This document shows, piece by piece, positions 1 to 11,906 of a DNA stretch of 64,000 nt (positions are counted from its first letter, which is position 1; each line of letters begins with the position of its first letter). Below the pieces are notes generated by a model. The model was not told where the DNA came from, did no database searches, and saw nothing but the letters and a program-made list of their open reading frames with translations. Position numbers and translations under genes: made by a program. The DNA lies in assembly GCF_031769215.1 (NCBI RefSeq), contig NW_026782001.1:1426001-1490000 (forward strand), in the 5' to 3' direction. This stretch comes from Ylistrum balloti. Taxonomy: Eukaryota.

Positions 1-493
1 AAGACACATCATCGATATTTATTTTATTTAGAAATGAAACATTTTAGGTATCATAATGACATATTTATATACCGCTCTTCCTCAAAGATGTTATCGCCTT
101 TAGCCTCGCAGTATCGTTGGAACACCCCACTTTGGAAAAGTTCGGTGCTAATGTGAAGCTGCCATATGTTAAACAACACAGTCACTGTTCGTTATGTTGT
201 GGATGTCATACCTAATCACAGCGACTTCTCTCTGCTGAGCATTGGTGTTTACAGACTGCACTAAGAGTTTCGAAAGTGTCACGTGCATGTTCAAACATGT
301 GCAGGAAAAATGGACGCTGGTTTTTTTTTTTACCAAAATACATCATTTCGGAAAAGAAACGAAAAGATGACTTAAAGTTTAGTTTAAAGATTGCAATATT
401 TGGATCAATAATTCAACAACATTACATATACATATATTATATCAGAAGTGAGAAACAAGTTTAAAAACTTACAAGTCATTTCCCTAACACAAG

Positions 494-800
494 GTTAGTG
501 GTTCACTACCTAATGAGCACAGGTTATGTCTCTAATGAAGCTTAGACCGTTCAGTGCTCTCATCGTCGTGTCCTTGAGAAAACCACTTTACCCCAATTTC
601 TTTGGATGGCATGCTGTGGGCCTCCCTCATATTCAGTGAAGTAGCCTCCAATTACAACCAGTAGCCCTGCCATCTGTTCGTGTGTCTATAACCACTAAAG
701 ATAAACCAACCATAAGCTATTTGAGCATCCAGTCAGGGATAGATTTGGGATGCTATGTACTTATTGCGAAGCATTGTCTGGGCCGAAATAGCACAATCAC
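494..800 (+). mobile_element. Degenerate SINE-like fragment
   Basis: GTCGTGTCCTTGAGAAAACCACTTTACCCC (about 565-595) resembles the GTGTCCTTGRGCAAGRCACTT central domain shared by CORE/V/Meta-type SINEs. It is preceded by a decayed tRNA-like head (GGTTAGTGGTT...). Boundaries are approximate. Confidence 0.4.
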
Positions 801-1486
801 TTTCAGCTCATAAACCAAATTGTACTAAAGGAACATGCATTGACTGTAATAGAGGACTAGCACCATTTAACGATATCGGGACAGTGCGTAAAATCAAGAA
901 CAATTGAGACGGATGGGTCATGTGTTAACATTGCAACCAATCAGACTTGCCGATCTATGGATATTATAAAACGCAGTCAATGAATTAAAATGTCCTCGAC
1001 GATACGTCATTTGATGCATATCATATAGAACTTCTTTCGCTAAGTTTACGAGGAAATGACTATGAACGGAGAATTTTTGTAAATGTTATTTAAGATAAAT
1101 GTAGATTTTTCTGATTCCCATTTGAATTCGCCAAATTATGGTTTAACAAATGTCTACCTTCGGTTTTTGGATATCATCATTCTCATTTGGTATGCCCACA
1201 AGGAAATGTATAATTTGCACCACAGCGTCAACACATGTGATGAAAATATTTTGTTTAGATGCAATACAAAGGAGTGCAAATAAGATAGAATAATAAATGG
1301 GAGCAGAATATCATGTTGTACAATGACTACTGCAAACTAAATCAACACATGGGTGTGGGATAAAACAGAGCATCACTCAGGAATGAAAAAGTACCATGAG
1401 GCAATACATATGAACAAATTGTTCTTAACTGCAACACACAAGGACAAAGTAGATAAGGTTAGAGTAAAATACAGGTGTAAAAAACG

Positions 1487-2230
1487 TTAGGGTAATACAC
1501 AGGGGCGAAATAACCCAAATAGAGACACGCGGGGCAAACTTTACCATCGGACATCACACTAGGGAAAAACAATAAGCACCAGGGCAATACACAAGGACGA
1601 AATAATGTTAGGACAATAAACAGGGACGAAATAATGTTAGGGCAATACACAGGGACGAAATAACGTTAGGGCAATATACATGGGCGAGATGACCCAAATG
1701 GATACACGCAGGGGCAAACTTAACAATCAGACATTACACTAAAGTAAAACAATAAACACCTTGGCAATACCATGGGGAGGGGGCGAAATAAAACAAATGG
1801 AAACATACAGGGGCAAACTTTACCATCAGACATCAACGGCAATACACAGGGGCGAAATAAACGTTAGGGCAATACACTAGGGCGAAATAAACGTTAGGGC
1901 AATACACTAGGGCGAAATAAACGTTAGGACAATACACTAGGGCGAAAGAAATCAAATGGAGACATACAGGGGCAAACTTTACCATCAGGCATCAACGGCA
2001 ATACACAGGGGCGAAATAAACGTTAAGGCAATACCTTAGGGCGAAAGAAATCAAATGGAGACATACAGGGGTAAACTTTACGATCAGGCATCAACGGCAA
2101 TACACAGGGGCGAAATAAACGTTAGAGCAATGTTCACAGTGACGAAACAAGTCAAACGGCATCACAAAGAGGGAAGCTTTACCATCAGGCAACACATAAG
2201 GACCAGAACATAAACGTTAGAGGGGGCAAT
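1487..2230. repeat. Compound degenerate minisatellite (about 30-bp units plus an interspersed module)
   Basis: Recurrent GGGCAATACAC(A/T)(G/A)GGGCGAAATAAACGTTA units, near perfect at about 1838-1945, alternate with a CAAATGGAGACATACAGGGGCAAACTTTACCATCAG module. Confidence 0.85.
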
Positions 2231-3906
2231 GTAAACCTTAGTACAATACAAAGTGACGTATACCATACCACAGAGCAACACACATGAAAAGTACTGGGTA
2301 ACAAATATGGCCAATATTTCACATCACGGGACAACGTACATTGGTAAAATCGGCACAAAACATCGACAGGAAATTTTAAAACATTGAAAGTTAAGGACAG
2401 ACAACAAAACCCATTCCGAAACAATACAAAAGCAGAGAAAGTTTGTCTGTTGGGGGCAACTGTGTTGGCCTTAACGACATTGGACATTCCTTTGTGTGGT
2501 GGAGTACAGCGTACTGACCGCGACAAATCACGTCTATCTAACATACGGTACGGATTGGTGAGTGACACATTAGGACAAGGATGCGGAGACGTATCAATCC
2601 GTCAATATTGAGTGATTGCCGCTACGTCGGGGCACCCTCAGGGCTTACCACAATGGGTCATTCTGATCACCAAGGTGGATGAATGGATCGCTAAATTACT
2701 GTAGTCAACGGTACGCATGTTTGAAGTCGTTCCGGAGACCATCCTTCCCTTGGAGACGTCGGTGTTTCTTTTACAAAGCTATTCTGTGTTGCCTAGTCGC
2801 TAGGTCATTGTAATATCGGCGCCTGTTAGCTAGCATTATTTATTTATACACCCGTTCCCGACTCTGAAGGGACGAGAATTAAACTTCTCTCGTTCAGTAG
2901 TATTCTCAGAAGCTTTTTTTCTGTTTGACTGGAATTTTTCTTTATGGTTTTTCTATATCTCTCTCCAATATTATCGAGTGGTACAGACTACAGGAAGTTG
3001 AGAACACGGACTATATATCGGATCATACTGTCGTTCGTATGAGGTAAGTGATTGTTCTGATAATAAATTTGCATTCTGAAATTACAGACTCATTCCTAAT
3101 ATTCTTGAAATTAAGCATAACCCTGTTCATACATGTTTCAGTAAGATTGAACGCGTTTGGAATAAAGGAATTACGTTATACCAACGATGAAAGAATGATA
3201 ATATTTACCTTAAATTGCTACTGCCAAAAAACAACGTTAGCGAGTCAAACTCATATAAGAGGAATTAGAAGATTTCAACGCTTGCACAAACAAAAATCAG
3301 TTCTACCCTATAATATTCGATGAGGCTGTCTGATTGAGTCTGTTCGAAGCCATCGATTTTTTGCCACGTTAACCTAATGTTCATTTTAGGAGATTTAGTT
3401 TTTTCTGGGCCGGTAATTATTGATTTTTGTCCAAGTTGTACCAAATCGGTGCCGACATATATTTGTCTCTCATGGCTGCGAGGAAGGCAAGCATAGGGGA
3501 GACGTACCAGGCAAGGAACGGGATATACGGGCCTGTAGACGTCTAAATAACCTAACCGTTATCTTTGGAAACATTTATATATGTGTGTGTATCTTTAACT
3601 GTTTTATGGATGAAAAGATTTTAAATATTCTTCAATGTGTAATAACGGTCCTCAAACTTAAGCACACTTCCGTGATATCGTCTAATCTCGTGTAAACCGA
3701 TTTTTTTACTTTTATTTTTAAAAGTTAAAATCTTAGCTATACATAAAGACCTTGTTAGATTGGTTTAGAATATCTGTTAGAAATATACTAGTACTTTTGT
3801 TTTGATGTCTGTGGTTTGGTATGTACAAAATGTGCATTATACAAAATTAACATGATTTATCAATGGCTTTATCAGCAACAAAACGTCTCCACATTTAATA
3901 TTTCAG

Positions 3907-4106
3907 CGAAACCTTCATTTATATCAGATGGATCTTACCAAAATATCACTGTATATGATTTAAATGAGTGCCGCAAATGTACTTCTGGTCCTTGTCAGAA
4001 AGCGTCTCAATCAGGTTTTATATGTGATTTGTATATGCTGAGGATATCTTGCGATAAATATAGAACATGTAAACAAAACAGCATTTGTTGTATCTATATC
4101 AAATAA
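3907..4106 (+). other. Candidate Cys-rich exon (PAN/apple-like spacing), unassigned
   Basis: After a TTTCAG acceptor the frame reads AKPSFISDGSYQNITVYDLNECRKCTSGPCQKASQSGFICDLYMLRISCDKYRTC. It could not be joined to in-phase neighbouring exons. Confidence 0.2.
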
Positions 4107-4244
4107 CAAAATCGTGCCATTGATTGCAGACGAATTGACTACATTTGTCGTAACTGTCTATTATTGTGAGTGAATATATAAATCATGTTGTACTTTCTGG
4201 ACTATGGACTCAGCTTGGCCCAAGGGACAAGCAACAAATTGTAT

Positions 4245-4740
4245 GATCCCGTGTTTTGTGTGGTTTTGATGCATCACAAACGGACCATCAGATTGGGAAT
4301 TCATGTCCATTGTCCGATCCCGTGATCTGTATGGTTTTGCTACATCACAAACGGACCATCAGGTTGGGAATTCATGTCCATTGTCCGATCCCGTGATCTG
4401 TATGGTTTTGATACATCACAAACGGACCGTCAGGTTGGGAATTCATGTCCATTGTCCGATCCCGTGATCTGTATGGTTTTGATACATCACACACGGACCA
4501 TCAGGTTGGGAATTCATGTCCATTGTCCGATCCCGTGATCTGTGTGGTTTTGCTACATCACACACGGACCATCAGGTTGGGAATTCATGTCCATTGTCCG
4601 ATCCCGTGATCTGTGTGGTTTTGCTACATCACACACGGACCATCAGGTTGGGAATTCATGTCCATTGTCCGATCCCGTGATCTGTATGGTTTTGATACAT
4701 CACACACGGACCATCAGGTTGGGAATTTATGTCCCTGATC
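4245..4740. repeat. 71-bp tandem repeat, 7 copies
   Basis: Unit ATCCCGTGATCTGTATGGTTTTGCTACATCACAAACGGACCATCAGGTTGGGAATTCATGTCCATTGTCCG. GATCCC recurs at 4245, 4316, 4387 and onward at a 71-bp period. Confidence 0.97.
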
Positions 4741-7396
4741 TTTTTTAACATTGTTTCTTAGCAAAAAGAAAAAGAGCAAATTCTTTATTGTTGTTGATAT
4801 AAATCAGTCCATGTTACAATACTTCTGTATATACACACTACTAACTGAAGGTAAGTACAATACCTTTATATGTGTGATATCTGTCAAGGTCTGTTTTCAC
4901 TTTGATGTCAACAAATCTTAGTTAATATCTATGTCATACACAAACTTTTATGGAACTTTTTATTGAGTCATCAAAGTTCTGCACAATAGATAGCATAAAT
5001 TACGTTGTCAGCTTTCCCACCGCCTTCTATCCCCAAGGTACGGTTTTTCTAGGGTACAAAACACATCACACAGAATATATATAGGTGAAACAAAATGTAG
5101 CTTACGGCACAACAACTTTTTTTCGATTATTTTGTTCTGGTCATTAAACGCAGAATAATTTTAATCCAAATAAAAATTAACTTTACCGCGTGCATTCCAT
5201 TACTGAACTAACCAACCCCCCAATCCCCCCACACCCTCCCCTCTCCCCACCCCCCATCAACCCCCTCCCCCGACTTCATCTCGATTACGAACGAATATGC
5301 ATTCTTGCAAAACATCATTATTTATTGAAGTGGTTTTCACGTAAAGTTCAGTCACGTATCAGGTAGTGATGGAATGCTTTCAATATCACGATTATCAACA
5401 CACAACATGTACCACGAATGACCACAGCGGTCTGTCAGCCCCTAACAATTTTAACTTGATAACTTGTTTAGTTTAAACGATATTTTATTTCAATAATCAA
5501 CAATTTGACATATAGAGATAATTTGATGGAAGCTTTTAGAGCTTATATTAATAACTTGTTTCTCGCGATTGTTGCATTAAACCCGTTTTGTTCTCACATT
5601 ATCTCGTTGTAGGACTGTTTATCTCATTCATGTTTTTTTTAAGTTTTAGACATGACTTTTTTTTTTATCATGTGCGATATTTTATCTCACTCTTACGAAT
5701 TACATTTTCCGTTCGAACAAGTGGACCGAGGAAACTTTCTTTCTTATGCTGTCAAGAATGTTAACATTAGATATCAGTCGTTAAGTATAATTCAATAACA
5801 ACAACGATACAATGAGTACAGATGTTGATGTGTATACATGTACCTACCGTGTGCATGCACAGTTGAGTGCACGTGACCTTTCGACTCCTCTTCCTGTTTA
5901 TCTTTACCTAAGTGGGGGTCATACATACATAAGTAAGCATTCATCACGACACACCTACTGCAGAATCCGGAACATAAGGTTAATCGGAGAGTTAAAAGGA
6001 CAGAACAGGATATGAAGACGAGGCTCATGTTTTCAGGTAGGGAAGAGTTCAAGGACAACAGCATGTTTGTACAATTTGTTTTTAAGGTAGGGTGTTTTAA
6101 TCTATCTCATCATTTTTTAAAGCTACAATGTGTTAGAAATTTATCTTCATTACTTAAATATAAATATTATGTATTTTTATTTGTATCACGGAGAAGTGAT
6201 ATGTAGGAATAAAAGTACTTCTTGTGGTATTTGAGTATAATTTACTCCCCCCCCAACCTACCCTCCAACTTCAACAACTAGCCCCTTGTTTCTGCTATAC
6301 AACCCATACTCTCGCGAGGTATGCTGTATACTATATAAAACATTGACTTGTCTATGGACATTCGAGATGTAGCTATTGTATCGTGTACATTTTCATATTA
6401 CTGACATTCTACAAACACATAATTGCTCTCTTGGCCTTCGAGGAATTCCGACCGGCGTGCTCGTCCCTCCCAATACTTTATTACATTAATATTGCCCATA
6501 ATTTAACCAACGTCCCTGGAATGACCCTCTTTCTCCGGCAATTGTCTCCCCATTTCCATGGAGTAATTGATGGTTTCCGAGCTTCTGTTTGTGTCTGTTT
6601 AGTTATAACAGTACGCTACAGTACGACAATCAACTTAACTTCCTAGTGATACCCCCGAATTTCCGTGGTAAGTCACATGCGTGTCAATTATCCGTCGTTA
6701 GACATTCGGCGATCCATGTTTACATGTGTACGTTGCTACACTGGTCTGATACATAACAACAATATCTCAATGTGTAGACGTCGTCAAGGTTCTTCCTCTT
6801 AATTAGATAGAGTGGATTATAATGGCGTCGTTAAAATTAATTGATTAAATCAAATATACTTGTCTTGTTCCTTTGATTCTTAATAAGAGAATTTAGATGA
6901 AAAAGTTCAGTTGTATGTACGTCATAAAAGAATACACCGGATTCAACAAAAATGAAGATGGGTTCATGGTAATTACGTGTATTTCAATTTTACTCTGTGT
7001 GGCTCGGCTGACACACCACCTGTTGTGCGTTGACAGTATGGAAACTACCAAAAGATTGTACTGAATCATTGTACATGTATAGACGTTTGTCTAGATGAAT
7101 CAGATTACGGACAATGTGATGTGGATATTTTCTATGTGTTGCGTAAGCAGTCATAAATATACGACTGATTTATCATCAATTTCATTTCATCATCAATATT
7201 CATCGATACGCGTGACTGTGACGTCATTCTCCTTATAACTCGTGCATAACATCCTTTCTTTTTATCTGAAGCACGCCTATCGTCAATGGTTCCGTGTCGA
7301 TAACAAATCTATGTTCTTTGTAAACACTGGAGGGTCATCTTACCGGACATGAGTTCACGCCTTAGTTAAACTGTGTATCAGTTCCTGTGCTTGGAA

Positions 7397-7417
7397 ATAT
7401 ATATATATATATATATA
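7397..7417. repeat. (AT)n microsatellite
   Basis: About 10 AT units seen directly. Confidence 0.9.
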
Positions 7418-8318
7418 AGTTCAAATTCGGCACAGTCTAAATAATTTATCATATATTGTGTATTAATGAAGAAAGATTGATCACCTGAAGCGGCAGAACT
7501 TTTACATGATACAACCATCAGGTAGCAGTATTTCGTTATTCTTTCATGTTTTTATCCATCAGCTTGATTTTACTTGTATGACTTTTGTCTCTTTCCTTCC
7601 GCACCAGATAGCCACCATAAAGATTACCATATCTCCCTATTCATCAGACAACAAGGTTATATCTGTTTGGGTTTTTTTTAAACTCTGTTCCTGATTACCA
7701 TTAACTGCCGCCCTTTTCTCCTTCTGTACCCGATAACCACGTTTTAAATGGTTTCGTCCATCTCTTCTGCGCGACCAGATGTACTATAGATATTCTCTAA
7801 CGGAATTCATTTCTCTAACAGATATTACAAAATTTTCATTTTTTCACGCTGTTCCGATTTTTTTATGTTGTTGTTCGTTTAAGAATAATTTGCGATTATT
7901 AGAAAATGAATGATTGTGTTGCTGATGGAAACAAAGATAATGCTGGTTTTAAAACGTACCGTTCTGCACAGGCTCATAAAGATTTCTTGTGATAATGACA
8001 GTATTTTCGGGTTAACAAACAGTCAATTTGATGGCCAATAGACTCGTTACAGTGAAGGTGTCATATTACAAAATTAAAGAAATCCTGATTGTATCTAAGC
8101 CGACGACGATTAACAGACAAGGCTATGTAGGCAATAATTGTATACATTAGCTGGAAGAACTCTATTAGACATCATAACGGGAGCGGATTCTGTGATAATT
8201 ACCAGCCATGTTAATTGCCTGAAGCTCATTCCCTTTACCTTATCGTCGAAAAAATCGTGCAGACGAAACGAAACGAGAAAAGTCACTCATCACTCCTGAT
8301 GAGGTGTAACGTCAATAT

Positions 8319-8328
8319 GTCACGTGAC
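8319..8328. promoter_or_regulatory. Perfect CLEAR-type E-box (GTCACGTGAC) upstream of DRAM paralog 1
   Basis: Exact 10-bp palindrome about 3.6 kb upstream of the ATG at 11907. Function is inferred only. Confidence 0.35.
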
Positions 8329-9526
8329 TCGTCAATTATTTGTCTTGTCAAATCATTAATGGCCGCGAAGTGTCTCATTGATCGAAATCCCAATCTTTAT
8401 CACTCTGACGCTTGAAGCGACGTATCCGATGGTACAAAGATATTCACATAACGCGTTTTTACCGTTAAATCTCCGTATCTGTCAAGCGTATCAAGTTACG
8501 CTGATAAAATCAGGAGCCAAGAACTATATTTTGAGTCAGTGTTGGTCGTAATGTTATTAATACTATCACTCATATATGTACTTACAAGTTTATTTTCAAA
8601 CTTAAGTAGTTATGTGATAACTGTGCACAATTGTATTGCCAATGGTATTTATTTCAAACGTTGACTCATCAGTATTTAAAAACATGTACGCATTCAATGC
8701 GGTGAAGACCAGGCTATCCACGCGCAAGAGGACATAAACTGAATATAGAAATTCCAAATACTTACAAAACTAACTCAGAAAGGCGCCATGATATCACGCT
8801 TTATTAAGCACAAGACTAGAAGACTGACCATGTGTTTATCAACAGACAACTTCAGTTAAATATGTGCTGTGTCACCATAACCTGATGGCTACCACTACTG
8901 ACGACATTAAATAACTCTACAAACAAAATTCCAATGACATGATTTTCATGTAGAAGGCAATACGCTATTGTTTTGTTTTTTATAATTTGTTTTTAAAATG
9001 TAGACCATTGTAGATTGAAATAAACCTCTGCGTGATAAAATACATTATCTACATACAGTATATAGAACCACGGACCATTGTTATGAAATATCATCCAAAT
9101 CTTGTTAATTTTCTTCATCAAACGAAGTGATTTATTTATGTAAGTGCATTAAGTTGTTTTAAAGAATAGGCGCTAGTTGTTTATGAGTATGTTTTAAACA
9201 TATTCACGTGATTAAATTCTGCACGTGCATACTTTCGTTACAGGTATTTTGATTGTATAGCACTGTTAAAAAACTGAGAGTGTTTGTTTCCATGTCACGT
9301 GTTAACATGCAATCTATTCAAGACATGAATATATCTCAATTTCGTGTGTCATTGTAAGTACAAAGTGATTCTGGTTTCCTGGTTAGTTACAAGAATCGGT
9401 GTAAATCAAGGCATATTTTGGTAAATAATGATTATTTATTTCTATACGTAAATGTGATAAAGTAATAATCATACATTTGGAAGGATACACCATTCTACAT
9501 CTAACAAATATTTACGTTATATATAG

Positions 9527-9706
9527 GATAATCGGTCAGTTGGGTCAAATGGTCAGTCGAGTAGACGGTCAGCTGACGAACATGACGTTTATGATCGAAC
9601 TGACCTGTTTGTCATCAGAGGTGCCGTTAATGATACTGGTGATGATTTATATACTCAACACAATCACCTATTATCACACGTCACAAGCTGGTCGATCGAT
9701 TTCTAA
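9527..9706 (+). other. Candidate terminal coding exon of an unassembled gene
   Basis: After an ATATAG acceptor the frame is open for 59 codons to TAA: DNRSVGSNGQSSRRSADEHDVYDRTDLFVIRGAVNDTGDDLYTQHNHLLSHVTSWSIDF. It is GC-richer than its flanks and resembles a receptor cytoplasmic tail. Confidence 0.3.
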
Positions 9707-11579
9707 TTGACCTGTCTCTTAGGACACCGAGGCCACCGTAATTATCTTTATTTAACTGACGTGCAAAAGGGTTATCAAGGTTCGATATACAGTAAACACA
9801 CATTTAAAAGCGTTTAATGTTTTGTTTTTGTTTAATTTGGAATCTTTTAAAAGAACTTTACAAATTGAAGTAAAAAACTTAACAGGAGTCTTTTTTCCCG
9901 AACTGTTTCTGTTATACAAACAATTGACTGTTTATTTCTTTATTTGTGATGTTATCCACGTACATATGTACGTACTGTAAAAAACACTGTCACCGACAAA
10001 GATAATGAGTAAACGTACCTGGTAATTACAATGTTTACCAATGAAGCATCGCAGTAAGCGTTATTCGAAAATACGAAAACCCCCGAAAATCCCATATCTT
10101 ACGTAATTCGAACTCTTTCTGAACCCAAGAAAAGTACAAGTACACGATAAACACAGAAAATGTCACGTGTTAAAAATGTAGCTGTAAATCATTTTCTGTC
10201 ACACGTGGCTTCAGTCAATCGCTGAGATAAGGAGGGTTTTAACGTGAGACTAATCACCAGACGATACTTTCATGACAATAGTTCGAGGACTGCATCATTA
10301 TTCTTTTAATCACTCCTGCATATTTTTTGTTCAAGCGATGTTTGAAACGTTTCGGCAGCTTTAACATCTCAAAGCTTTCTAACGATCGTTATGTCCCTCA
10401 ACACCCTGTTTTGTATTCCCGAGTGGCGACCGGAATAAAACACTGTTTATAAAATGTATACCGTGGACAGAATTTCTTTGAAAGCTATCCACCATGTACA
10501 CGCACACACGTACATTGCTTAATGGGGCAATCAGTCAAATTGTATGGTCAATGTGGTTTCTATCACAGGAGAGTTCCGTCACCAGCCACTGTGTAATTAG
10601 GAGATATCCTATCGCCATTTTATCGTTTTACGTACGTGATTAGGCGGAAGAAACTCCGATTACGTAAAGGAGTCCCATTTAATGGTTTGACATCAAACAA
10701 ATGTCGGAATGAACAAACAAAATTACTAACATAGTTTGAAATTTTATATTGAATAACTGAAAGAGTATGAATAGGTCCAAGAATGAAATAGCCTCGGAGT
10801 AAAATTTTTATGTTATACCGAGATAAAATGTTTTATAGGTCATTGAGAGCTCTTTGAAGATTTGTTACAACGTCGTTATATTTATCATCAAATAGAACCA
10901 GTAGCTCATCCGTATCAACTAAACACAAAAGACATGTGCAGAATTTGACACGGGAGGGATGAATCTCGAAAATGTTTAATTTTGCCTGTTTTGAATAAGA
11001 TTCAACAATATTCTATTGCTGAAGCTAACTTTGCGGATTTTTGCAATAGGATTGATATATTTGAAGCACAGAATGCATATACTATCAATATCGGGAGCTC
11101 TTCAAGGTATTATGGGAGGCACAAACTGCCTGCCTATCTTAGCCTTGTGGTTCATTGTAGGGAAGACAGCTAACATTATTTACACAGATGCATGCCCAGT
11201 ATGTTTATACAGTAGAGTGCATTTTTTGTTATATTTTGTTTTTCCTGTCTGTTTTTGTGCTGAGAAGAAATCCGACTAAAGTGTGGAGACCTGATAAGGG
11301 GGCTTAATGAATTTTTCAGAGATTAAAAAATAGCATTACAATGTATTCACAAAGTTCTTGTAAAGTCAAATGCTAGAGAAAAGAGAAAAGTTTTTACTCC
11401 GTAAATCGTATAATTCTTCGTGAACTGAAAAAATATATATATATCATGCATAAGTAAATCCTCGCGAAAAAGAAAACACCGCGTAATGTATTAATATTTC
11501 AGTATGTACGTATTATACATGTGTACATTTATTGTATATATCGATACACGATGATCAATTTCTCCTGCCGTCTTCAGCG

Positions 11580-11670
11580 TTCGAACCCCGCTGCTTCGGT
11601 GGGTGGCCTCCATTCCTTGACTATTCTATCCATATGCAATCCTAGTTGATGATTGACCCAGCTGTTCAAT
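11580..11670 (-). mobile_element. Possible tRNA-derived SINE head
   Basis: The minus strand reads ...TAGTCAAGGAATGGAGGC...GCGGGGTTCGAACGC, with a Pol III B-box-like GGTTCGAAC. Confidence 0.3.
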
Positions 11671-11906
11671 CATTGAACTCTTCCACAAGTATCATATTCA
11701 CAGGGACCGCTGCGTCGAATGGGATTTTGTGGTAACAGATCTTTTAATAACCACACGATATCAACCGACCAGATGATATACCAAACTGGATTTACACCAA
11801 GTAACCCTGTTTTTGAAAAGTATAAGTTTAACATCGAATTTGAAAAAGTATTCATTTTTATTTTTACAGACTTGAAGTAACAGAGGTTAACGAAATACGC
11901 GGTGTC

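Noticed and set aside
4245-4740. CRISPR-like array (also considered for 17485-18403)
   Set aside because: The units are contiguous with no unique spacers, the context is eukaryotic and there are no cas genes.
11016-11279. Hydrophobic ORF (LSISGALQGIMGG) as a transporter fragment or DRAM exon
   Set aside because: No consistent splice sites or family motif were found, and the DRAM start exon is well defined at 11907.
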